From: an uncultured Myxococcales bacterium
GTDB taxonomy: Bacteria > Myxococcota > UBA727 > CAYLZW01
Assembly: GCA_964388085.1 (NCBI GenBank)
Contig: CAYLZW010000002.1
Coordinates: 225 to 64,224 of the forward strand
Reading direction: 5' to 3'
Length of the DNA: 64,000 nt
In this document: piece after piece, positions 9,520 to 19,369 of the stretch
Layout: each line of letters begins with the position of its first letter
How positions within the stretch are numbered: the stretch's first letter is position 1
Program-made: the position numbers and the translations under genes
Notes under the pieces: generated by a model
What the model was told of the DNA's origin: nothing
What the model saw: the letters and a program-made list of their open reading frames with translations, nothing else
Databases searched by the model: none

Positions 9520-12500
9520 ATGCGCGAAGCTCTCGATGGCCTGGTGCTGCGGACGCTGTCGTGGGCCGACGGGCTCTGGCCGGCGCCGCCGAGCGCGTCG
9601 CCATCCGCGCCCGCGGGCAGCGTCGACGCGCTGGCGCCCGGCTCCGTGGTCGCCAATCGCTACCGGCTCGAGGACGTGCTCGGGGAAGGCGGCTTCGGTC
9701 GCGTGTGGCGGGCGCGTGATCTGAGCGCAGAGCGCGACGTGGCCTTCAAAGAGATGCGGAGACCGGCGACGGCGGACGACGAGGGCGCGAGCACGGCGCA
9801 GCTCGAGCAGGAGTTCTACTCGCTCTCGAAGCTGCAGCACCCGAACATCGTGCGCGTGTTCGACTACGGCGAGCTCGACGACGGCACCCGCTATCTCGTC
9901 ATGGAGCTCGTCCCCGGCTACGACGTCTACGAGAAGGTGAAGCGCGGCCCGCTCGAGCGCGACAGCGTCTTTCGCGTGCTCATCGATATGTGCCAGGCGC
10001 TTCACCTCATGCACTCGCGCCTGTTCGTGCACTGCGACATCAAGGCCGAGAACATCCGCGTCACGAGCAAGGGCGCGAAGCTGATGGACTTCGGCCTCTT
10101 GCACCAGCTCGGCACGCCCGCCACAGAGGCGCGCGGCACGCCGCAGTACATGGCGCCGGAGATGATTCAAGGCGGCGTCATCGACGGACGCACCGACCTC
10201 TACTCGCTCGGCGCGCTCGCCTACGAGATGTTCTCCGGCCGGCTCCCCTTCGAGGGAGCGACGCCGCTCGAGGTCATGCAGCAGCACCTCGGCGAACGGC
10301 CGAGGGAGCCGAGCTATTACCTCGACCTCCCCGACGGCGTCGACGAGCTCGTGCTGCGCCTGCTCGCGAAAGACCCCAAGGAGCGGTTCAAGAGCGCCGC
10401 CGATGTGCTCGCGTCTTTGACGTCGCTCTCCGGCATCGACGCCGAAGACCTGCCGGTCACCCATCGCACGAGCTACCTCTACAGCGCCAACCTCGTCGGG
10501 CGAGAGCGGGAGAGCGCGGAGCTGCGTTCGCTGCGCGAGCTGCTGCAGGAGGGCAAGGGCGGCGCACTCTTTTTGAGCGGCCGAGGCGGTGAAGGCAAAA
10601 CGCGCCTGCTCGAGGAGCTGCGGCTCGGCATCAAGCTCGATCGCATCCCGTGGGCCTCGTCGGTGTGTCGGCGCGAAGGGCTCGCGCCCCTGCAGCCGAT
10701 GGTCGAGGTGCTCGAGCTCCTCGCCGCGCGGACCTCGGACCCGATCCTCGCCCCCCATGGCGCCGTGCTCTCGCACATCCTGCCGTCGCTGCGCGGGCGC
10801 GGCTTCAGCCCTCCCCCGTTCGCTAGCCCGACGACGGCGAAGTTCCGCGTCAACGAGGCCGCCGCGGCGTGGCTGAAGGACCTCGCCGCCGAGCGGCCGC
10901 TCTGCCTCGCGCTCGAGGATCTGCACGCCGCCGACGGGGCGACGCTGGATCTGTTCAACCACCTGATCCGAGAGCTGAAGGGCAGCGCGGTCTTGCTGCT
11001 CGGCACGTTCCGTAGCACCGAGGTGGACCGGACGTCGCCGCTGTACGCGACCGTGAGTGAAGGCGCCGCGCGCTGCCTGGAGCTCTCGCCGCTGTCGCGC
11101 GCCGCCGTCGACGAGCTGCTCGCGAGCACGTTGACCGAGCACGCCCTCTCGAACGACTTCATCGACGTGATGTTCGAGCGCACGGGTGGCAACGCGTTCT
11201 TCGTCATCGAGATGCTGCGCTATCTCGTCGAGGCGGGCCACCTGGCCGAGCACGAGGGCCGCTTCGCGATGACCGCGGAGGCGGTGGAGCTACCAGGCGA
11301 GATCGGCGCCATCGTCGAGAAGCGCCTGCTCGCGCTACCGGACGAGCTGGCCGACTTCTGCCGCGCCGTGGCGCCCATCGGTCGCGCGCTGTCGGCGAAG
11401 CTGGTCGAGGAGCTCACCGCGAGCTCTCGGGAGTCCGTGCAGGAGCGCTTCGAGCAGCTGGTGGAGCGACAGTTCCTATCGCGGGAGCGCGGGCAGTTCT
11501 CGTTCGCGAACGACGCGGTGCGAGAGGGCATCTACCGCAACACCGCCGACGACGAGCGCCAGGCGCGGCACCTGCGCATCGGCGAGCTGCTCGAGAAGGG
11601 CGTCGGCGTCCCCGACGAGCAGCCGGCGCCGCCGAACCAGCTCGCCTACCACTACAAGCGCAGCCGAACCCCCGAGCGCGCCGTCGACTTCTTCTTGGCC
11701 GCCGCGCAGCTCGCCATCAAGAAGCAGCTCCTGCTCGAAGGCAGCCAGATGCTGAGCGAAGGCGCGGAGCTGCTCGAGCAGTCCTCACGCAAGGACAAGA
11801 CGCCCTTGTTGGCGACCTTCTACGACGCGATGGCCGCTGCCGCCGTCGGGACCCATCCACCGTCGACGGTGAAGGCCGTCGCTCGGCTCGACGAGCTCTG
11901 GCAGAACAAGGTGGATCCCGATCGCGTGCTCGCGCTCATCAAGAAGCGCAAGGAGCGCGCGGAGAAGGCGCCGGCGTTCTTGAAGAAGTACTTCTCGCCG
12001 CCGCCGGGGCCGCCCCCGCCGTTCGATCCGAAGACCGACGATCCGGTGCGCATCTTCGACCGGCAGCTGCAGCTCCACGGCATGCAGGCGATGGCCTTCG
12101 CCGTCCTCGGTCAGCCGGACCAGGCCATGGCCGTCGCCGACCGACTGGTCGCGCGCCTCCCCGACCCCCGCTCGCCGCTGAAGGCGGTGGCGGCGGTGCC
12201 GCGCATCCTCGCGCTCTTTCACATGGGGCGCTTCGGTGAGCTGCGCGAGGTGGCGAGAGGCGCGATGGCCGCCTTCGAGGCCGCCGGTGATCGTCTGCCG
12301 CCGCCGCTGCGCATCTTCTGGTTCTTGTCGACGTACGTGTACTCGCTGTCCGAGGCCGTCGACGGGCGCGTGCTCGACGAGGACGTCGCGAACAAGGCGA
12401 AGGACATCGCGGAGCGCTTCGACCTGCCGCAAGAGCGCGCCTTCGCCATGCTGCCCCGGCTCGTGCGCGCGGCCGTCTCCGGCATCCCGTCCGAGCTGAA

Positions 12501-13188
12501 CCGATGGTTCGCCGAGATGGACGACATCATCCGTCGCCTCGGCTACCCCCACGCGCTGCACAGCCGCTTCCGTCTGTGGCTGCCCATCTATTACCTCGAG
12601 CGCGGTGAGCTCGAGCTCTCCCGCGCCACCGCCGCGCGCCTCGAAGGAATGGGCAAGGCCACCCGAGACGTATGGCTGCTCACCTACGCCGGCATCTATC
12701 ACGCGCTCGACGCCATGGAAGCTGGCGAGCACGAGCGCGCCGACCAGCTGCTCATCGGCGCCATCGAGGGAGCGCGCGCGCGCAAGCTCGGCCGCCTCGC
12801 CACGGCGCTGTGTGCGCGCGGGCAGCTCTTGTCCTCGGTGCAGCGCGACGCGGAGGCGCGCCCGCTGCTCGAAGAGGCGCTGCAGCGCGCGACCTCGAGC
12901 GAGCTCCGCTGCAGCTACGACGAGAGCGTCGCCAGCCGCCTGCTCGGCGAGGTCAGCGACGGCGAGCCCGGGGACAACCTCCTCGCCCGGGCGCTCGAGG
13001 TCGCCGCCGACATGCAGAGCCCCGTACAGCAGGGCTTCGCGTGGTACGCCATCGCACGTCGACGGCAGCGGCTCGGAAACGGTGACGTGCAGCAAGCGGT
13101 CGACGAGGCGATCGGCCAGTTCTCTTCCATCGACAACACGCGCTGGTGCGAGCGCGCGAAGAAGCTGGCGCTCGTCCGCGCCGAATAG
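9520..13188 (+). CDS. Multidomain Ser/Thr kinase - AAA+/STAND NTPase - TPR protein (1222 aa)
   Basis: N-terminal Hanks kinase (GEGGFGRVW, AFKEM, HCDIKAENI, DFGLLH, GTPQYMAPE). Then a P-loop GRGGEGKTRLLEEL (AAA/NB-ARC-like). Long helical/TPR-like C-terminus. Confidence 0.85.
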   Translation: MREALDGLVLRTLSWADGLWPAPPSASPSAPAGSVDALAPGSVVANRYRLEDVLGEGGFGRVWRARDLSAERDVAFKEMRRPATADDEGASTAQLEQEFYSLSKLQHPNIVRVFDYGELDDGTRYLVMELVPGYDVYEKVKRGPLERDSVFRVLIDMCQALHLMHSRLFVHCDIKAENIRVTSKGAKLMDFGLLHQLGTPATEARGTPQYMAPEMIQGGVIDGRTDLYSLGALAYEMFSGRLPFEGATPLEVMQQHLGERPREPSYYLDLPDGVDELVLRLLAKDPKERFKSAADVLASLTSLSGIDAEDLPVTHRTSYLYSANLVGRERESAELRSLRELLQEGKGGALFLSGRGGEGKTRLLEELRLGIKLDRIPWASSVCRREGLAPLQPMVEVLELLAARTSDPILAPHGAVLSHILPSLRGRGFSPPPFASPTTAKFRVNEAAAAWLKDLAAERPLCLALEDLHAADGATLDLFNHLIRELKGSAVLLLGTFRSTEVDRTSPLYATVSEGAARCLELSPLSRAAVDELLASTLTEHALSNDFIDVMFERTGGNAFFVIEMLRYLVEAGHLAEHEGRFAMTAEAVELPGEIGAIVEKRLLALPDELADFCRAVAPIGRALSAKLVEELTASSRESVQERFEQLVERQFLSRERGQFSFANDAVREGIYRNTADDERQARHLRIGELLEKGVGVPDEQPAPPNQLAYHYKRSRTPERAVDFFLAAAQLAIKKQLLLEGSQMLSEGAELLEQSSRKDKTPLLATFYDAMAAAAVGTHPPSTVKAVARLDELWQNKVDPDRVLALIKKRKERAEKAPAFLKKYFSPPPGPPPPFDPKTDDPVRIFDRQLQLHGMQAMAFAVLGQPDQAMAVADRLVARLPDPRSPLKAVAAVPRILALFHMGRFGELREVARGAMAAFEAAGDRLPPPLRIFWFLSTYVYSLSEAVDGRVLDEDVANKAKDIAERFDLPQERAFAMLPRLVRAAVSGIPSELNRWFAEMDDIIRRLGYPHALHSRFRLWLPIYYLERGELELSRATAARLEGMGKATRDVWLLTYAGIYHALDAMEAGEHERADQLLIGAIEGARARKLGRLATALCARGQLLSSVQRDAEARPLLEEALQRATSSELRCSYDESVASRLLGEVSDGEPGDNLLARALEVAADMQSPVQQGFAWYAIARRRQRLGNGDVQQAVDEAIGQFSSIDNTRWCERAKKLALVRAE

Positions 13189-13202
13189 CTCGAGGTGATG
13201 CC

Positions 13203-13709
13203 ATGCCGGAGACCGGGAACTTGCGCTGGGAGGTCGAGAACGACGCGGACGGCGCCGCGCGGCTGGTGCTGAGCGGAGACATCGACGACCACGTGCGTAT
13301 GGGCGCGGTCGAGCCGCCGGCCGCGAGCAAGCTCGTCGTCGACCTCTCGGGCGTGCGGCGCATCAGCTCCTTCGGGGTAAAGGAGTGGGTGCCCTTCGTG
13401 CGCGGGCTGAAGGCGCGCGGCGGCTCCATCGTCTTCGAGCGCTGCCCGAGCGTCATGGTGCGGCAGTTCAACATGGTGCCGTCGACGCGCGCCGGCGCCG
13501 TCATCAAGAGCGTTTTTTTGCCCTACTTCTGCGACGACTGTGACGACGAGCGGAACGACTTCCTGCTCGAGGTGAGCGGCGACGAGCCGCCCTTCGAGCC
13601 GCCCGCGCGCGCCTGCCCCGAGTGCGGCGCCGAGCTCGAGTTCGACGACGTACCCGAGTCCTACTTCGGCTTCTGGACGCAGCGAGACGAGCTCATCGAC
13701 GAGGACTGA
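13203..13709 (+). CDS. Standalone STAS (anti-sigma-factor-antagonist-like) domain + C4 zinc-ribbon protein
   Basis: VVDLSGVRRISSFGVKEWV...IVFERCPSVMVRQFNMV aligns to SpoIIAA DLSFMDSSGLGVI...MVVCAISPAVKRLFDMS, with the conserved phospho-acceptor position (SS). Followed by FCDDCDDE...CPECGAEL. Overlaps the stop of the giant kinase. Paralog of 42763..43254 and of the kinase A/B/C N-termini. Confidence 0.75.
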   Translation: MPETGNLRWEVENDADGAARLVLSGDIDDHVRMGAVEPPAASKLVVDLSGVRRISSFGVKEWVPFVRGLKARGGSIVFERCPSVMVRQFNMVPSTRAGAVIKSVFLPYFCDDCDDERNDFLLEVSGDEPPFEPPARACPECGAELEFDDVPESYFGFWTQRDELIDED

Positions 13710-13754
13710 GGGTCCGCCTCTCTACGCCGGCGGTGACCACGCCCCCCGAGGCCG

Positions 13755-14213
13755 CTACGCCTCGCTCGCCGGCAGCTCGTAATCGTGCCGGCAGGCGAGC
13801 ACACGCGTACGGATCCGGCCGGTGGAGACGTCGATGACGCCCTCCTCGAGGCCGAGGATCGTGTTGAGCCACGCGAACGAGTCGACCTTCGAGTAGAAGC
13901 GCACGCTGGCGACGATGCGGCGCAGCGTCGGATGCGCGGGATCCGGCGGCTCGCTGAAGCCCTGCGTCTCGTAGCGGATGCGGCCCCCGTCCTCACACAG
14001 GATGAGCCCTCGCACGTTCGGCGTGAAGACGCCGTCGCTGCGAAAGCGCGGCGCGTTCTCCCACTCGACCGCCCCACGGATGCGCTCTCCGCGCACGCGG
14101 CCGTCGCCGCCGCCGAACAACTGCATGCGCTTGTTCTCGTCGAAGGGGGAGACGACGAGCTCGAGCGCGCCCGTGTAGAGGTAGTCGCCGTCGAAGAGGT
14201 GCTCGAGCTTCAC
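13755..14213 (-). CDS. Hypothetical protein (~152 aa)
   Basis: GC3-rich frame. GTG start preceded by GGAGGG. No recognisable motif. The ORF-track N-terminal extension is Arg-rich and rejected. Confidence 0.4.
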   Translation of the reverse strand: MKLEHLFDGDYLYTGALELVVSPFDENKRMQLFGGGDGRVRGERIRGAVEWENAPRFRSDGVFTPNVRGLILCEDGGRIRYETQGFSEPPDPAHPTLRRIVASVRFYSKVDSFAWLNTILGLEEGVIDVSTGRIRTRVLACRHDYELPASEA

Positions 14214-14349
14214 TGTCCCTCCACGCTTTGGGTGCCGCCTACGTGCGGGATCGCAGGTCGAGACGAGGAGTATAGACGACACAGGCACGTCGCCGCGCGC
14301 TGCCAGGCCCTCGGTTGCGACGCCCAAGGGCACCTGCGATTCTCGACGG

Positions 14350-17300
14350 ATGCGATGCCCTCCCCTTGCACGTCTCCGCCGCCGCATGCGCCTCGTCGTC
14401 ATGCTGGTGTGCAGCCTGCCCCTGCTGAGCTGCGTCGAGCCTCCCGAGCAACCGGACGCGCTGCCCTACTGGATGCTGAACAAGGCCCACTTCGCCGACG
14501 GCGGCGAGTGGTACTTCCAGCGCACCGTCACCGAGGTCCCCTACACGGCCGGCTTCACCTTCGTCGGCGACGCGGACCTGGTCGATCGCATCCAATGGAA
14601 GATCGAGGAGGGCTTCCTCATCGCCTACCGCGCGCATCCGCTCATCGGAGGCAACGAGCACGACGTCGCGGGTGGCAACGACTACGACGCGCCGGTCGCC
14701 ATGTACCCGATCCGGCGCCACTTCGACGTCGAAGGGGACTCCGTCATCGAGCGCCCCATGCGGCCCTGGTACGAGCGCGGATGGATGGACGTCGACTGGG
14801 GAAACGACCTCGTGACCAGTCACCGCTTCAGCGTCGCCCGTCTCGAGCGCGGCGGCCCCTCCTACGTCGTCACCGACCCGAGCGACCCGGAGGCGATTCG
14901 CTTCGGCGTCCGGAGCGGCGGCGGCTGGCAGGACTCCATGGGCGGCGAGCTGCCGCGCATGCCGCGCATCGACCACATCGAGTTCACGACGCACGTGACG
15001 GTCTCCCCGACGCTGCAAGCCGACCCGGAGACGGGCAACCCCGGCTGTAACGGCGGCATCGCCGACAGCATCATCGACATCTACGACTGCGCGCCCAGCG
15101 ACATCGCCTTTCGAACGTCGATCCTGCGCCGCTTGCCGGACAACGACTTCGAGCAGAAGAAGCGCCCGACCGGCCTCCTGGCCAAGCGCTGGTTCGCGCG
15201 CTTCTTCCAGATGGGCACGTACTTCCTCGACGACGAGTACGGCCTCACCGACGCCGGGCTCGACCTCAAGGTGTCGCACTTCGGCATCTGGCAGCGCAGC
15301 ACCGACGACGACGGCGCCCCGCTGCCCTACCGCGAGCGCAAGGTGCGGCCCATCGCGTTTCACGTCAACGGCAACTTCGATCCGGCCCTGCTCGGCGTGG
15401 CGCGAGACGCGCTCGAGTCCTGGGACGAGGCGTTCGTGGAGACCGTACGTGACCTCCGTCTCTCCGAGTGCGTCGACGCCGGCGGCAGCGCCGCCGACTG
15501 CGCGGGCGACGTCGAGGTCCCCGAGGACGTGCTGGTGTTCTGTCCGCACAACCCCGTGCAAAAGGACGATCCAGAGGCCTGCGGCATAGCGGGCACCGTC
15601 GCCCGCGTCGGAGACCTCCGCTACAACATGCTCGCCTGGATCACGACGCCGAACGTGAACCGGATCGTCGGCCTCGCCTGGTGGGCGCCCGACCTGCAGA
15701 CGGGCGAGATCGTCAACGCGAGCGCGAAGCTCTACGCGCCGGACATCGATCGAGCCGCGGCCACGACGCGCGACGCCATTCTCCTCATGCGCGGCGACAT
15801 CACCCCCGAGGATCTCTTTCGCGGCGGCTACGTGCCGAGCAGCATGGCGGACCTCGAGGAGCTCGTGCACAGCCTCGAGCGCTACAGCGAGGATCCGTTC
15901 GCCGCGAACATCGAGGTCTCGGAGCGTACGCGGCCCTTCGGTGGGCCCGACGGCTCACCGGTGCCCGGCCAGTCGCTCGGGACGCCGGACACCTTCGACG
16001 GCGCCAGCTTTCGCTCCTCGTCGCTGGCGCCCTTCGTCGGCACCCGCTTCGAGTCCTCCGCCGTCGATGTGGAGTCGCTGTTGCTCGCCGGCATCGATCC
16101 GCGCAGTGACGATCTGAGCGCCGAGATGATCGGCGCCGCCTCACCGCTGCGGCGCTCGTTCGCCTCGCGCCCTCGGCGGCTCACGGAGACCAAGCTGCGA
16201 GAGCTCGGCGGCGACCTCGATCTTCCGGTGGCGGCGGATCTCGCCTATCTCCTCGACGAGACCAGCGAGCTCTCGGCGGACGAGCTGTACCAGGAGGTCC
16301 GCCGCCGCTTCGCGCAGGCGACCATGATGCACGAGCTCGGTCACGCCTTCGGCCTGACACACAACTTCTCGGGCTCCTACGACGCGTTCAATTACAAGCA
16401 GGGCTATTGGGACGCGCGCGACCCGACGCCGCGCTACGACCGCCAACCCTCACCCGGCGAGCGCGACGGCAACCTGACGGACTACGCCTATGCCAGCGTC
16501 ATGGACTACCACCCGTCTGCGAACGCCTACCTGCACGGCATCGGCAGCTTCGACAAGGCCGCCATCAAGTGGCTCTACGGCGATCTGGTCGAGGTCTTCG
16601 ACCCGGGTGACGGTGATCTCGAGCTGCTGAAGGCGATGTGGTTCCGCCAGCCGGAGCCGCACCTGCCGACGGTCATCGTCGACGACCCGAGTCACCCCGG
16701 CGGTCATACGCACCGGAGCCTCCACCCGGCGAAGCTCGCCCAGGAGTACCCAAACCTCTTGCAGCGCGATTGGGTCCCGCTCGCCAAGCTCGAGGATCCC
16801 TACGATTGGGGCGCTCCTCTCGCCGCCGCCGATGGGCGTGTGGCCGTGCCTTATCTGAGCTGCAACGACGAGCTCATCGGTGTGCTGCCGTACTGCCAGC
16901 CGTACGACATGGGCCTCGACCCGTACGAGATCGTGTCGAACCTGAGCAATTGGTACCACGCGTACTACATGCTCAATAGCTTCCGGCGCGCGCGCCTCGA
17001 CTTCTCGACGACGCGTTACGTCGACCAGATGTGGATGCGCGTCTTCTTTCCGCTGAAGAAGTGGCAGAACTGGCTGGCTCACTCGCAGTGGGAATTCGCC
17101 ATGCAGGAGCCGACGGTCCACTCCGACGAGGACTTCCTGGAGCCGCTCGCCAGGTCCGCCGACGTGTCCTTCAATTTTCTGGCGCGCTTGCTCGCCGTCC
17201 CGAACTTCGGTCCGCACCGGCAGGTGACGATGCCCACGGGCGAAGAGCTGCTGGTCACGCACGAGTTCAACCTCGCCATCAGCCACCCCGATCCGCCCAT

Positions 17301-18084
17301 GGACGCGCCGACGATGACGCTGCCGCTCGGGCCCGGGCGCATCTACACCAGCCTGTTCTCCATCACGACGTCACGCTTCGACGTCGAGAACATCGGGACC
17401 GCGGTGGACAAGGAGCTCGCGCTCGAGGCGCTGCTCGATCCCTCCTTCTTCTGGTTCCCTGGCCGCGAGACCTGGTCCGACGTCGAGCTGTGGATGGTGA
17501 ACTTCTATTGGACGCACGCGCCCGAGCTGCTCGACGTCATGGGCTCGGTCATCGTCGCAGACACCACCCGGCTCGCCGCGTACTGGGACGGCGACGAGGC
17601 CAGCTACCGTGACTTCACGGATCTCTCGTCGACGTCCGCGGGCGTCGCCATCGACCCGGCCATCGGCTTCAGCCTGCGCCTGCGCGCCGCCATCTACGGC
17701 ATCGGCCTGCTCTACAGCGGCTACGTCGACAAGTCCTTCCTCGATTACAGCCGCATCTACGTCGTGGGCGCGGACGACGAGGTCCCGCTCGATCCGAGCG
17801 TTCCCGTCGTGGACTTCCTCGATCCCCGCACCGGCAAGCTGTATCGGGCGCCCAGCTTCCTCACCGTCGAGGGCATCGAGCTCGGCATCGGCGCGCGTCT
17901 GCTACAGAAGGCGCAGGGCTCGCTGTTGGCCTCGACGGGCGCGGCATCGCCCGAATACGCGGCCTGGGCAGCGGACATGCTGAAGGACGACCTGGCGGTC
18001 ATCGAGCTGCTGCGCGGGCTCGTGCAGCGCTTCGAAGACGCGACGTTCACCGGCCCGATCAACTCTCTGGATCGGCTCCCGTGA
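14350..18084 (+). CDS. Large secreted lipoprotein with metzincin-type zinc-protease motif
   Basis: Signal peptide with lipobox (LPLLSC). HELGHAFGLTH = HExxHxxGxxH metzincin zinc site in mid-protein. Start may be 14350 or 14386. Confidence 0.75.
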   Translation: MRCPPLARLRRRMRLVVMLVCSLPLLSCVEPPEQPDALPYWMLNKAHFADGGEWYFQRTVTEVPYTAGFTFVGDADLVDRIQWKIEEGFLIAYRAHPLIGGNEHDVAGGNDYDAPVAMYPIRRHFDVEGDSVIERPMRPWYERGWMDVDWGNDLVTSHRFSVARLERGGPSYVVTDPSDPEAIRFGVRSGGGWQDSMGGELPRMPRIDHIEFTTHVTVSPTLQADPETGNPGCNGGIADSIIDIYDCAPSDIAFRTSILRRLPDNDFEQKKRPTGLLAKRWFARFFQMGTYFLDDEYGLTDAGLDLKVSHFGIWQRSTDDDGAPLPYRERKVRPIAFHVNGNFDPALLGVARDALESWDEAFVETVRDLRLSECVDAGGSAADCAGDVEVPEDVLVFCPHNPVQKDDPEACGIAGTVARVGDLRYNMLAWITTPNVNRIVGLAWWAPDLQTGEIVNASAKLYAPDIDRAAATTRDAILLMRGDITPEDLFRGGYVPSSMADLEELVHSLERYSEDPFAANIEVSERTRPFGGPDGSPVPGQSLGTPDTFDGASFRSSSLAPFVGTRFESSAVDVESLLLAGIDPRSDDLSAEMIGAASPLRRSFASRPRRLTETKLRELGGDLDLPVAADLAYLLDETSELSADELYQEVRRRFAQATMMHELGHAFGLTHNFSGSYDAFNYKQGYWDARDPTPRYDRQPSPGERDGNLTDYAYASVMDYHPSANAYLHGIGSFDKAAIKWLYGDLVEVFDPGDGDLELLKAMWFRQPEPHLPTVIVDDPSHPGGHTHRSLHPAKLAQEYPNLLQRDWVPLAKLEDPYDWGAPLAAADGRVAVPYLSCNDELIGVLPYCQPYDMGLDPYEIVSNLSNWYHAYYMLNSFRRARLDFSTTRYVDQMWMRVFFPLKKWQNWLAHSQWEFAMQEPTVHSDEDFLEPLARSADVSFNFLARLLAVPNFGPHRQVTMPTGEELLVTHEFNLAISHPDPPMDAPTMTLPLGPGRIYTSLFSITTSRFDVENIGTAVDKELALEALLDPSFFWFPGRETWSDVELWMVNFYWTHAPELLDVMGSVIVADTTRLAAYWDGDEASYRDFTDLSSTSAGVAIDPAIGFSLRLRAAIYGIGLLYSGYVDKSFLDYSRIYVVGADDEVPLDPSVPVVDFLDPRTGKLYRAPSFLTVEGIELGIGARLLQKAQGSLLASTGAASPEYAAWAADMLKDDLAVIELLRGLVQRFEDATFTGPINSLDRLP

Positions 18085-19369
18085 GCGCCACGGAGAACAC
18101 GCGCTCGAGCTCGTCGCCGTAGAGCTGCTTCAGGATGACCGCCGTGGGCGGCAGCTTCGGCGGATCGCGACCGAGCGCCGCGTACAGGCGTCGCTCCGCG
18201 CCCTCGATGTAGTGACCGACCCGCTGCGCCATGGCGCCGTGCACGAGCGCGCGATCCAGCACCACGGCGGCGACGTCGTCGGGGAGATCAGCCCGAGGGG
18301 CCAGACGTCTGCCTGTGAGTGCGGCGAGCTCCTCCCGCGGGCGCGTCCAGTCGTCGGCGATGGCCCCCGCGACCTGCACCGCGCCGTCGTGCGGCAGCCC
18401 CTCGAGATCGGGCACCACGACGCCCAGCACGCCGCTCATCACCGTCCGCTCGTCGTCATCGAGCTCGTTCACCGCCTGATCGAGGAGCGTCGCCGGCATG
18501 GCCTCGTGCGCGGCGCCGATCGCCTCCGTGAGCGCGGCCGGCACGTCCTCGCGCTCCCAGGTGGCGCGCGCGAGGTCGTCGAGGATCAGCCGGCGCGCGT
18601 TGCGCAGCAGGTACTGCACGACGATGAAGTTGTACGTCCCGTAGGCATAGCTGCGGAACGCGTCGAGGTCCGGCAGCACGCGCGCCACCTCGGCCGCGGT
18701 CACGTCGGCGTCGAAGTCGCCCTCGCCCGCGCCGAGCAGGAACGCAGCCAGCGCCTCCGAGAACATATGCCTTGGACCGGCGCAGACCTGCTCCGGCCCG
18801 ATCAAGAGCCCGGACCCATCCGCTTCTTCCCACACGCGCTCGGGCGTGACGGGCGGTCCCTCGTCGCCGCCCATCTCCGCGAGCAGCGCGTCGACGTTCA
18901 GCATGCTGGTGACGGGGTTGAAGCCGAGCACGAGCTTGAAGGCGGAGCCCACCACGGGGGGCACCGGATGGTCGCCGAGGGCCGGCTCTCGTCGTCGCCA
19001 CAAGAACCACGGCACCATGGTGATGAGCTGGCCGACGCACTGCGCGTCCCGGTAGCGCAGCTCGCTGACGCCGGTGTCCTCGAGGTACAGCGTCCGGAAG
19101 TAGCGAACGTAGGAGAGCAGCTCCTTCCAGTGCTTCGTCATTTGTCGAAGCGCCGAGACGTTCATGGGGTTCTCGTGCCCCTGGCGCGAGTCCTCGTACG
19201 GGCAGCGGCGCAGCTCCATCTCGAAGCCCGGCGCGCGACTCTCAGGCGGCACGCGCCACTCCCCGAGGTGGCGGCCTTCGCCGTCGAGCAGCAGGTGCAA
19301 GCGTGCTTGGGCGATGAGCCCGTGCTCGACGACGAGCTCTGCGTCGGGCGAAGGGATGGCATCAGACAT
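18059..19369 (-). CDS. Hypothetical protein, paralog of 19362..20552 (conserved RCPYxxSR...HExPMNxSAL N-terminal motif)
   Basis: Start taken at MSDAIPSPD (M60 of the ORF-track frame). ~40% identity to the upstream paralog by eye. 8-nt overlap with the upstream gene's stop. Confidence 0.6.
   Translation of the reverse strand: MSDAIPSPDAELVVEHGLIAQARLHLLLDGEGRHLGEWRVPPESRAPGFEMELRRCPYEDSRQGHENPMNVSALRQMTKHWKELLSYVRYFRTLYLEDTGVSELRYRDAQCVGQLITMVPWFLWRRREPALGDHPVPPVVGSAFKLVLGFNPVTSMLNVDALLAEMGGDEGPPVTPERVWEEADGSGLLIGPEQVCAGPRHMFSEALAAFLLGAGEGDFDADVTAAEVARVLPDLDAFRSYAYGTYNFIVVQYLLRNARRLILDDLARATWEREDVPAALTEAIGAAHEAMPATLLDQAVNELDDDERTVMSGVLGVVVPDLEGLPHDGAVQVAGAIADDWTRPREELAALTGRRLAPRADLPDDVAAVVLDRALVHGAMAQRVGHYIEGAERRLYAALGRDPPKLPPTAVILKQLYGDELERVFSVALTGADPES

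Noticed and set aside
9343-11253. 636-aa minus ORF antisense to the STK-AAA-TPR gene, and similar antisense ORFs (14239..15870, 31534..33102, 34307..35938, 36015..36467, 37148..38095, 37400..38317, 50969..54370, 58946..61594, 21542..23062, 24070..27003, 28864..29393 region etc.)
   Set aside because: They are all Arg/Ala/Gly/Pro-rich shadows of well-supported sense genes. None has a recognisable motif or RBS.
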